64,000 bases of DNA, from positions 8,000-71,999 of the forward strand of contig JAIPBW010000004.1 in NCBI GenBank assembly GCA_021738505.1. The letters are read 5' to 3'. The notes under the pieces are model-generated. The model worked only from the letters and a program-made list of their open reading frames with translations. It was not told the origin of the DNA and searched no databases. The position numbers were made by a program, and so were the translations under genes. Below, piece by piece: positions 56,441 through 64,000 of the stretch; position 1 is the stretch's first letter; each line of letters starts with the position of its first letter. Source of the stretch: Bacteroidales bacterium (GTDB taxonomy: Bacteria; Bacteroidota; Bacteroidia; Bacteroidales; PWNQ01).

Positions 56441-58198
56441 TTATTTTCCGGGTCTTGTATATTTTCTTTTTCGGATGATATTCCAAATAACGCTCATTAT
56501 GAGGATGAGCAATACAGGAATAACAACATTGATAATTTGCCATTTAAGGCGTTCTTCTTGCACTTTTGCTCTGTCCATCAGCCGGATTTTCAAATCACGG
56601 GTTCTGACATTAAGTAAGCCGGAGTCATCGCAAAGGTAATTTACAGCATTCACAATAAAGTCTTCGTTACCATATTGTTGTCCTGTATATTTATCTACTC
56701 CTAATGGTAGTTTTTTGCGTTCGCCTCCTTTTATAGAGATTGCATTTTTTATAATGTTTCCGTCGGCCACGACAATCATTTGGTTTTTTTCGCTTTCGGT
56801 TCGGAAGGCCATGGCTTTATTTTGAGCTATTTCCGGCGGGATACGGTTTTCAAACAAAGAAGAGAACTTCCCTTCCAGTAAAACTCCAATATTTTGACTT
56901 CCATGGTTGTATTGGCTACGCTGAGGTTTTCGGTTGATTATATTTAAATTTATTGCGTGAGGAGTGCTTAAAACCCGCGAATATTGAGAACTTTTAAGCA
57001 GCATTGTTTTTGTGACATTATTACCGCTAATAGTATCTAAAGTACTGACAAATTCTCCCTTAATACCGTTCAGGTTTTTCACGATCGGATGATTGCTGTT
57101 TGGCGAGATAACCGGAAAATAGGGCCAGGGAAATAATTTAAACTTTGGCTTTGAGCCTTTGGGCTGTGTATTAACCGGGATCGCTGCTGAACGCATGTCT
57201 TGAATAAGATTTTTGTTTAATCGAACTCCATATCTGAAAAACATATCATCCAGATTAAGGTCAGCAGGTACAGCCAATGTTCGGGATTGAGCCTGCAGAG
57301 AGTCCATGCTGGTGGCTACAGGATCTACCAGCCACATTACTTTACCTCCGTGCATTACGTATTGATCGATAAAGAATTTTTCTTTCTCAGTGAAGGCTCG
57401 CGTGGGTTGTGCAATGATTAGTGATTTATAGCGGGGATAGACATGAACATTACCTGCGGAATCAGGTTCAGTGCGTTTTAATAAACTGTATACCTTATTT
57501 TCCAAAATAAGATGATCGATATTATAGAATTCACTTAATGCCTTTTCTGCTCCATCCAAATTTGCTTTGGGTAATTCCCCATGGCCATGGAGAAATGCAA
57601 TTTTATCCTTCTCAGCACTTTTTAGTTTCATCAAAGCACTGGCAAGGTTATATTCTAAAGCCTGTATAGACTCATTGATTTGTTCTTCAGAGGAAGCATC
57701 CATACGTGATTCAAGCAGGTTTATAGCTTCTTCACGGTTTGCTTTGTAAGTAACTAGTGCCCCGGGGAAAAGCACTTGTTGGGATTGACGAGCCCCATCT
57801 TGTGATTGAATAGTTGTGGGGTCTAATCCTTTGCGGTTTAATTCAGCATAAAAGCTATTTTTGTTTTTTTTATCTTCAACAACCTCATTAGGGTTAATGA
57901 ACTCATAATTGATATTGGAATTGTACGCATGAAATTCATCAAGCATCTCGCGCGTTTCGCGCTGAAGCTTTTTAAACCCTGCGGGAAATGAGCCATCTAA
58001 GTAGACCTTGAAAGTTACATAATCATCAAAGGATTTTACTAACTCCTTTGTTGACTGGGAAAGTGTATATTTCTTTTCTGATGTTAAATCGAAGCGTGTG
58101 AAAAAATATTGTCCGATAATATTAACTAGTATGATGATGGCTAAACCTAGTAAAAGCTGAACGATATTTTGTTTACGTACATTTTTTTTGTTGCTCAT
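56441..58198 (-). CDS. gldG: gliding motility-associated ABC transporter substrate-binding protein GldG
   Basis: 585 aa with N- and C-terminal TM anchors. FFTRFDLTSEKKYTLS near the N-terminus is the characteristic GldG/ABC_transp_aux start. Confidence 0.8.
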   Translation of the reverse strand: MSNKKNVRKQNIVQLLLGLAIIILVNIIGQYFFTRFDLTSEKKYTLSQSTKELVKSFDDYVTFKVYLDGSFPAGFKKLQRETREMLDEFHAYNSNINYEFINPNEVVEDKKNKNSFYAELNRKGLDPTTIQSQDGARQSQQVLFPGALVTYKANREEAINLLESRMDASSEEQINESIQALEYNLASALMKLKSAEKDKIAFLHGHGELPKANLDGAEKALSEFYNIDHLILENKVYSLLKRTEPDSAGNVHVYPRYKSLIIAQPTRAFTEKEKFFIDQYVMHGGKVMWLVDPVATSMDSLQAQSRTLAVPADLNLDDMFFRYGVRLNKNLIQDMRSAAIPVNTQPKGSKPKFKLFPWPYFPVISPNSNHPIVKNLNGIKGEFVSTLDTISGNNVTKTMLLKSSQYSRVLSTPHAINLNIINRKPQRSQYNHGSQNIGVLLEGKFSSLFENRIPPEIAQNKAMAFRTESEKNQMIVVADGNIIKNAISIKGGERKKLPLGVDKYTGQQYGNEDFIVNAVNYLCDDSGLLNVRTRDLKIRLMDRAKVQEERLKWQIINVVIPVLLILIMSVIWNIIRKRKYTRPGK

Positions 58199-58201
58199 AA
58201 A

Positions 58202-58933
58202 CTACCATTTTCTACTTTCAAGTGAAACTTTGGTTAACAAAATAAAGAAGGCTATCAGGCTTAAGAAATATAATACATCCCTTGTATCAATAACACCACG
58301 ACTCATTGATGTGTAGTGGGCATTAATCCCCAGAGATTTAATGAATAAATCCAGTGAGCCAAAGATTGAAAGTGAATGAATAAAATCAAATCCGATATAA
58401 AAGAACCCACTAATTAAAAGGGTAAGGAGGAAAGATACAATGTTGTTTTCTGTTAATGAAGAACAAAAAGTACCGATTGCAACAAAGCCTGAAGCCAAAA
58501 ATAACAAACCGATAAAAGAACCCCATGTTCCGCCGGTGTCAATATTTCCTACGGGTGATCCTAACTGGTAGACCGAAAAAAAGTACACCAATGTAGGAAG
58601 GATACTTAAAAGAACCAATACCACACCGGCAAGATATTTTCCGGTGATCACCTGCAAATCGGTCACCGGTCTTGTCATTATGATTTCAAATGTACCTGTT
58701 TTTCGCTCATCGGCAAAAGTCCGCATCGTTACGGCCGGTATTAAAAACAGGAAGACAAAAGGAGAGAGCATAAATAAGTTATCCAGCGTAGCATATCCAT
58801 AATTCAATATATTAAATCCAGTTGGAAAGATCCATAAGAAAAGACCATTGATCAACAGGAAAACAATAATTGTAATTTGACCGATCAATGAGCTAAGAAA
58901 GGAATTGACTTCTTTTCTGAATACCGCAAGCAT
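58202..58933 (-). CDS. gldF: gliding motility-associated ABC transporter permease GldF
   Basis: 243 aa, a six-TM ABC-2 type permease. The start MLAVFRKEVNSFLSS and its position 3 nt upstream of gldG support the call. Confidence 0.8.
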   Translation of the reverse strand: MLAVFRKEVNSFLSSLIGQITIIVFLLINGLFLWIFPTGFNILNYGYATLDNLFMLSPFVFLFLIPAVTMRTFADERKTGTFEIIMTRPVTDLQVITGKYLAGVVLVLLSILPTLVYFFSVYQLGSPVGNIDTGGTWGSFIGLLFLASGFVAIGTFCSSLTENNIVSFLLTLLISGFFYIGFDFIHSLSIFGSLDLFIKSLGINAHYTSMSRGVIDTRDVLYFLSLIAFFILLTKVSLESRKW

Positions 58934-59009
58934 ATACGTTCTATTTTATCTATTTACAACGGATGCAAAAGTAGTAAATTTCGTTGATGTGATAATTTAA
59001 TCGGGAGAA

Positions 59010-59819
59010 TTAGCCAAAATCTGTAAATTCAACTATAATTGTCGACTCATAAGCATCCAGACCTAACAGTTGGCTGGCCGGGCCCTGGTTTATAGCTATC
59101 TGAAGATAGCCTGTGCTTGATATAAGCGCAAGCATTTTTCCTTCGCTAACATCGTCATAGGCGTCAAAAAGCTTATCTTGCTCGATTGTAGTAGCCGGTA
59201 AATGAATATTAAATGGCCGGTTTTTACGAACACGTGAAAACTCATCTTCGTGAATGTTTGTATGGCAGTTGCCATAATTATCCACATAAATAACACGTCC
59301 GCTAATCCGGTCGTGACCGGATTCAGGGTCTTTGTCTGTTGAGGATTTCCAAGGGACGATATCTCGGAGTTTATCTTTCACAAAGCCCAATTCTTCAGCT
59401 TTATGGCCTTTGGCTATGTGAGCAGCGCTTTTGACAAATATATCCCGGGCCGGAAAAATAAAGTAGGGCGAATCTTGTGGAATATCAATCTCTATGATCT
59501 TTGTTGGGCTTTCGTTGGAAAGAAGACTTAATAATCCATTATCGGCACCTATAAAATAATGCCCTTCCATTTCCACAAAAACGTGGGGAGAATTTCTGGA
59601 AGCAGTGGCGTTTACCGAGACAACATGAATGCTGCCCGGAGGGAATTCATGAAAGGCTTGCCGCAAAACAAAGGCTGCCTGAGCAATATTATACGGTTCT
59701 ATTTCATGAGAAATATCTACAATTTGTACTTCAGGCAATGAGGCTATGAGCTTGCCTTTAAATGCCCCATTGTAAAAATCACGGTTTCCCCAATCTGTTG
59801 TTAATGTTACGATCGCCAT
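59010..59819 (-). CDS. SAM hydrolase / SAM-dependent halogenase family protein (DUF62, S-adenosyl-L-methionine hydroxide adenosyltransferase)
   Basis: Start moved to Met 59819 (MAIVTLTTDWG). TLTTDWGNRDFYNGAFKG matches the family's TDFG..D.YvG..KG motif. Confidence 0.8.
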   Translation of the reverse strand: MAIVTLTTDWGNRDFYNGAFKGKLIASLPEVQIVDISHEIEPYNIAQAAFVLRQAFHEFPPGSIHVVSVNATASRNSPHVFVEMEGHYFIGADNGLLSLLSNESPTKIIEIDIPQDSPYFIFPARDIFVKSAAHIAKGHKAEELGFVKDKLRDIVPWKSSTDKDPESGHDRISGRVIYVDNYGNCHTNIHEDEFSRVRKNRPFNIHLPATTIEQDKLFDAYDDVSEGKMLALISSTGYLQIAINQGPASQLLGLDAYESTIIVEFTDFG

Positions 59820-60027
59820 AGCTGATAAATGAATTGTCAAAATTAAGAATTCTTTTTCAATTAATAGATTCCGGAATTCTCATTTTTTTGCATTGGCTTT
59901 AACAATAAATAATGCATTAATAATAAAGTTGTTAATATTAACATATTTAGAAATGATGCTGGCTAATTGAATTTAATAATACGAAATCTCTGCAACTGAT
60001 TTATTATAATCTTAATAGAAAAGAAGG

Positions 60028-60057
60028 TTTTGCTCTTTCTTATTTTTCATACTTTTG
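60028..60057 (+). promoter_or_regulatory. promoter for phoH (-33 TTTTG, -7 TACTTTTG)
   Basis: TACTTTTG (60050-60057) lies 16 nt upstream of ATG 60074, and TTTTG (60028-60032) lies 17 nt upstream of the -7 box. Confidence 0.5.
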
Positions 60058-60073
60058 CACTAAATAATAAAAT

Positions 60074-61057
60074 ATGGGTGAAAAAGAAATAATACTGGAA
60101 GATATTAATCCTGTGGAATTCTTTGGAGTAAATGACTCCAATCTGGAACTGATCAAGAAATACTTTCCCAAACTAAAAATTGGCGTCCGGGGAAGCCAGA
60201 TAAAGGTAATCGGAGACGAGACGGAGACGGCCAAATTCGAAGAGAAAATACGTTTATTGATGCTTTATTATGAAAAGTTTGGACGCTTATTAAAACCGGA
60301 TATTGCCCGAATGCTTGAAAGTGAAAGTGAAACGATGGACGAAGAGTTCAAAACCCCCAAAGATGTCATTGTTCACGGTCGGCATGGAAAAATAATCAAG
60401 GCCCGTACGATTAATCAGCAAAAGATGGTGGAGAGTTTTAATAAAAACGATTTGATTTTTGCTATCGGCCCTGCAGGAACCGGAAAAACATATACGGCTG
60501 TTGCATTAGCGGTGAGAGCCTTAAAAGATAAAGAAGTTAAACGCATTATCTTAACACGTCCAGCTGTAGAAGCTGGTGAAAACCTGGGCTTTTTGCCCGG
60601 TGACTTAAGAGATAAGCTTGATCCTTATCTGCAGCCTCTTTATGATGCCCTCCGTGATATGCTGCCACCGCAAAAGCTTCTTTCCTATCTGGAAGATGGA
60701 ACCATTGAAATTGCTCCGCTGGCCTTTATGAGAGGAAGAACGTTGAACGATGCGATTGTTATTTTGGATGAAGCCCAAAATGCAAGTATCAATCAACTTA
60801 AAATGTTTCTTACCAGAATGGGTGAATATTCACGTTTTTTTGTAACCGGCGATGTTACCCAAATTGATCTTCCCAGGAATCAACGTTCAGGTTTGATACA
60901 TGCAAAAGAGCACCTGCATAATATTTCCGGTATTGATTTTATAATTCTTGATTCGCGAGATGTTATCCGGCACAAGCTGGTTACTAAAATCATAAATGCT
61001 TATGAAAAAGATCAGGAATTAAAACGACCAAAGCAAGATTCTTCGTCTAAGAAATAG
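60074..61057 (+). CDS. phoH: PhoH family ATPase
   Basis: 327 aa with Walker A GPAGTGKTY, Walker B ILDEAQN, and the conserved LTRPAVEAGE.LGFLPGD segment. Confidence 0.9.
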   Translation: MGEKEIILEDINPVEFFGVNDSNLELIKKYFPKLKIGVRGSQIKVIGDETETAKFEEKIRLLMLYYEKFGRLLKPDIARMLESESETMDEEFKTPKDVIVHGRHGKIIKARTINQQKMVESFNKNDLIFAIGPAGTGKTYTAVALAVRALKDKEVKRIILTRPAVEAGENLGFLPGDLRDKLDPYLQPLYDALRDMLPPQKLLSYLEDGTIEIAPLAFMRGRTLNDAIVILDEAQNASINQLKMFLTRMGEYSRFFVTGDVTQIDLPRNQRSGLIHAKEHLHNISGIDFIILDSRDVIRHKLVTKIINAYEKDQELKRPKQDSSSKK

Positions 61058-61106
61058 ATAACAGGTCATTAGAAAAAAGAAATAATAACCCCAAAACATA
61101 TAAAAC

Positions 61107-62060
61107 ATGGCAAATGCGTTAATTGAAACCAGGTTTGATCTACCCGGCCAAACCGATTTTTATAAGGGTAAAGTTCGGGATGTTTACACAGTCGATAATG
61201 ATCAGCTGGTTATGGTTGTAACGGATCGTATTTCGGCTTTTGATGTTGTTCTTCCGCAAGGCGTTCCATACAAAGGACAAGTGCTAAATATGATTGCATC
61301 CGATTTTTTAGATGCGACGAAAGATATTGTACCTAACTGGAAAATAGCTACTCCGGATCCTATGGTAACCGTAGGGAAAAAAGCGGACCCTTTTAAAGTG
61401 GAAATGGTTATCCGCGGGTATTTGACTGGACATGCCTGGCGCGAATATAAAGCAGGGAAACGTGAATTGTGCGGTAATCCGTTACCGGAAGGCATGAAAG
61501 AAAATCAAAAGTTTGACACCCCTATAATTACTCCTACGACTAAAGCCGATGTAGGACATGATGAAGATATTTCAAAGGAAGAGATAATCAAGCAGGGACT
61601 TGTTTCGGAAGAGGATTATGCTAAATTGGAAGAGTACACATTCAAACTTTTCGAAAGAGGCACCCAAATGGCAATAGACAAGGGGCTGATATTAGTGGAC
61701 ACAAAGTACGAGTTTGGAACCGTTGATGGTGAAATCGTACTTATTGATGAGGTTCACACTCCCGATAGTTCACGTTATTTCTACCATGATGGTTATCAGG
61801 AACGGTTTGAAAAAGGAGAACCACAAAAACAGCTTTCTAAAGAGTTTGTTCGTGCGTGGCTGATAGAAAAAGGCTTTCATGGACATGAAGGGCAAAAAGT
61901 TCCTGAATTAAGCAAGGATTTCATAAATGGTGTTTCGGAACGCTATATTGAATTGTATGAGAAAATTACTGGGAAAACATTTGAAAAAGCTGATGCCTCT
62001 ATTGATGTCGAAAAAAGGGTAGAAGACAATATTATCAATTATTTAAAGAATAACCGGTAA
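61107..62060 (+). CDS. purC: phosphoribosylaminoimidazole-succinocarboxamide synthase
   Basis: 317 aa (long form). Carries GKVRDVY, DRISAFD and VDTKYEFG motifs of SAICAR synthetase. Confidence 0.9.
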   Translation: MANALIETRFDLPGQTDFYKGKVRDVYTVDNDQLVMVVTDRISAFDVVLPQGVPYKGQVLNMIASDFLDATKDIVPNWKIATPDPMVTVGKKADPFKVEMVIRGYLTGHAWREYKAGKRELCGNPLPEGMKENQKFDTPIITPTTKADVGHDEDISKEEIIKQGLVSEEDYAKLEEYTFKLFERGTQMAIDKGLILVDTKYEFGTVDGEIVLIDEVHTPDSSRYFYHDGYQERFEKGEPQKQLSKEFVRAWLIEKGFHGHEGQKVPELSKDFINGVSERYIELYEKITGKTFEKADASIDVEKRVEDNIINYLKNNR

Positions 62061-62096
62061 AAAGCTAACCGCATTATAGATGCGTTAAGTACAGCC

Positions 62097-62168
62097 AAAA
62101 TGCTGAAATGACTATTTGGAAATATTTCACAAAGAAATACGACAAATATAGTTTCAGCATTTTTTTTG
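62097..62168 (+). terminator. long-loop hairpin plus T-run after purC (probable terminator)
   Basis: AATGCTGAAA (62099-62108) pairs perfectly with TTTCAGCATT (62152-62161), followed by a T run to 62167. The 43-nt interior has partial extra pairing, which is atypical for a simple terminator. Confidence 0.45.
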
Positions 62169-62350
62169 AATAAATAGGAGATATTCTAGACATTGCTTGT
62201 ATTGTTAAATTATCAGGAGTCAGGAGCGGATCAATATTTAAGTTGCTGTAAATTAACTTTGTCGGATTAATCCATTTCTTATTCCTCCGGGATGTTATGT
62301 AAAAAGCATTCCCATTGTGGGAAGACATTGGATTTTATTTGAAAAAAGTG

Positions 62351-62381
62351 TTGGTAGATATAAATACAATTTTTAGTTTTG
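62351..62381 (+). promoter_or_regulatory. orphan promoter (-33 TTG, -7 TAGTTTTG) with no downstream ORF
   Basis: TAGTTTTG (62374-62381) matches TAnnTTTG, and TTG at 62351-62353 lies 20 nt upstream. The nearest plus-strand gene starts about 670 nt away, beyond a terminator. Confidence 0.45.
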
Positions 62382-62385
62382 CAAA

Positions 62386-62528
62386 CGAAATAACATAAAA
62401 CGTAAAAAGGCAAACGAAAAAGTTAAAACAAAATATTTAAGATTTTACCTGTAAATTTGACTATTGGGGGGTAGTAAATAATACAGGATTATGCAAGAGG
62501 TCATCATTTGATGGCCTCTTCTTTTTTT
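62386..62528 (+). ncRNA. candidate small RNA (about 140 nt) defined by orphan promoter and intrinsic terminator
   Basis: It lies between the TAGTTTTG box and the terminator at 62495-62528. It has no ORF longer than a few codons, an A-rich 5' half, and an internal hairpin CCTGTA...TACAGG (62447-62486) with a GGGGGG loop segment. Confidence 0.35.
62495..62528 (+). terminator. intrinsic terminator (end of candidate sRNA)
   Basis: AAGAGGTCATC (62495-62505) pairs with GATGGCCTCTT (62510-62520) in an 11-bp stem (one G-U pair) with loop ATTT, followed by CTTTTTTT. Confidence 0.8.
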
Positions 62529-63052
62529 ATACACCAGTTACTGAGTGCTAAAATGGTTGAATTGAACGGATAGCAAGAATCAGATCCTGGATGTTTTTTG
62601 AAAAGCAAAGGGTTATGCAACTATTAGCAAAAGTCTGATGTATTTTAGCCTATAGTGGTTGTTGTATATAATGTGTTGGGCTTATTTGATTCATTGCTGT
62701 AAAGGGGGTAAATCCAGTTTTTTGAAAAGTAACAAAATATTCGCAGCAAGCCTTAATGGAATGAATAACCATATTTGCCTTGATATTCGATTCTTGAAAT
62801 GTGGTTTGTAAACCATTGTCCGGCTATGTTTTACTATGATAAAATATACAGCTCATATAGCTTCCCAAAATGGGATTTGTTGTGTTTTTAATATAATGTT
62901 TTCAATACATATTTTTTTGATACATTTTCTATTGCAATATAGAAAGGGCTTATGTTTAAATTCCAAAAATGGGAAGCCAGGGTCTATTTTATGGAAGAAA
63001 TATTGCTATCTGTTTTTGGAAGGCTTAATTTTGTATAAAAATCTTTAAGCCA

Positions 63053-64000
63053 ATGAAACAACTACATTTCCTAGCACTATTACTTTTTATACTTAGTAAC
63101 TTTAGCAATGACGTAAAATCGCAGGATGCAAATTTCACTCAGTTCTTTAATAATCCTGTATATTTTAATCCGGCAACAGCAGGTATTGAGAATGGAATGA
63201 ATATTCGCACTGCCTATAGAAAACTGTGGCCGTCCATAGGCAATGGATTCAATAGTTATATGGTGTCTGTGGATATTGCAGAACCTGCTGTAAATGGAGG
63301 GTTAGGGCTGATAATCCAATCCGGAAATGAAGGAGTCCGCAATATCAGGGAAAATTCAATTGGCGCTATGTATAGTTATCGTTTGCCGGTAATCAGACGC
63401 AAATTTTATATTCAAATGGGACTTCAGGCTTCTGCCGTGAGCAAACATATAAAGCAAAATGGATATGTTTTTTCTGATCAACTGGACCCCATCTATGGGG
63501 ATATATATACATCGGGTTATCATGGAGTAAATCATGAACGAGTATTTTATCCTGATTTTAATGCGGGAATAGCCGGGAAATTTAATGTTGGAAAATTCAA
63601 TAATGGCAAGGCCAGAACAACTCATGTTATTGGTTTTTCGGCTGCTCATATTACACGACCTGACGAGAGTTTTATCGCAACAGCATCAGCCAGAAGGCCA
63701 GTGAAATTTGTTGCTCATTATAATTCTGTAATACCTCTACGATGGGGATATATGAATAAGAAAAAAGTATCATTGGCGCCAGGAGTCGTATATGAAAATC
63801 AGGCAATGTTTGAAACTTTATCTATGGGGCTAAATTTTATGCTTGATCCGGTCTATTTGGGAATATGGTCGAGAAGCAGGACAGTGATCAAAACAGGAGA
63901 TAATTATAATGCTGCTGTTGTTATGGGTGGAGTAAAAACATCTGTAAGTCAAGATATTGAATTAAACGTAGGGTATAGTTACGATATTACGATTTCCAAA
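63053..64000 (+). CDS. type IX secretion system membrane protein, PorP/SprF family (3' end outside window)
   Basis: This ORF is absent from the track because it runs off the window. ATG 63053 opens a frame with no stop through 64000 (316 codons). It has a signal peptide, then QDANFTQFFNNPVYFNPATAG...YRKLWP, the hallmark PorP/SprF N-terminus. Confidence 0.8.
   Translation, partial: MKQLHFLALLLFILSNFSNDVKSQDANFTQFFNNPVYFNPATAGIENGMNIRTAYRKLWPSIGNGFNSYMVSVDIAEPAVNGGLGLIIQSGNEGVRNIRENSIGAMYSYRLPVIRRKFYIQMGLQASAVSKHIKQNGYVFSDQLDPIYGDIYTSGYHGVNHERVFYPDFNAGIAGKFNVGKFNNGKARTTHVIGFSAAHITRPDESFIATASARRPVKFVAHYNSVIPLRWGYMNKKKVSLAPGVVYENQAMFETLSMGLNFMLDPVYLGIWSRSRTVIKTGDNYNAAVVMGGVKTSVSQDIELNVGYSYDITISK

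Noticed and set aside
62074-62328. 84-aa minus-strand ORF after purC
   Set aside because: It has no motif and AT-rich codon soup. It overlaps the purC terminator hairpin and has no promoter-like box.
63356-63649. 97-aa minus-strand ORF
   Set aside because: It is antisense to the PorP/SprF-family gene that runs 63053 to the window end.
1-64000. Search for CRISPR arrays, rRNA, transposases, integrases, reverse transcriptases, phage genes and toxin-antitoxin pairs
   Set aside because: I saw no regularly spaced direct repeats and no ORF with the corresponding motifs (DDE, tyrosine recombinase R..H..Y, YxDD). The YwqK-type repeat protein at 4105..4566 has no adjacent toxin gene.

Overview
AT-rich chromosomal segment of a Bacteroidota genome, judged from T9SS/gliding genes (gldF, gldG, PorP/SprF, a T9SS C-terminal sorting domain) and TAnnTTTG -7 promoter boxes. 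I call about 67 protein genes and one tRNA-Tyr(GTA). I found no rRNA, CRISPR array, transposase or integrase. Most of the window is housekeeping. dnaA (21317-22768, minus) is preceded by a 949-bp ORF-free AT-rich spacer that may be oriC, although it has no consensus DnaA box. Other core genes are the conserved bamD / rpoZ-like / coaBC / DUF4835 / recN block, fabI, dnaN, ribD, prmC, lplA, purC and phoH. The accessory part is 37.4-48.4 kb and has three pieces. (i) An acr3-arsR-arsC-arsM arsenic operon is interrupted by a four-helix-bundle (23S rRNA IVS-type) gene bracketed by hairpin repeats. (ii) A stress block holds a cation/proton antiporter, OsmC and DUF302. (iii) A second ArsR-headed operon holds three small thioredoxin-fold CxxC proteins, a CxxC lipoprotein, a CcdA/DsbD-like membrane protein, a UPF0718/ArsP-type permease, and a rhodanese-like protein whose catalytic Cys is Asp but which ends in CGCSSCCS. 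Four non-genic or poorly understood signals merit follow-up: a GATTAAGTTGA-core hairpin repeat family at five intergenic sites; a duplicated 115-155-bp noncoding segment at 42.9 kb and 47.2-47.4 kb, the latter splitting operon (iii); an orphan promoter plus terminator pair at 62.35-62.53 kb (candidate sRNA); and a translationally coupled HxxxDG acyltransferase / zinc-ribbon membrane protein pair at 49.5-51.5 kb. All functional calls come from motif recognition by eye, since no database search or folding program was available. Coordinates of short motifs were counted by hand and could be off by a base or two.
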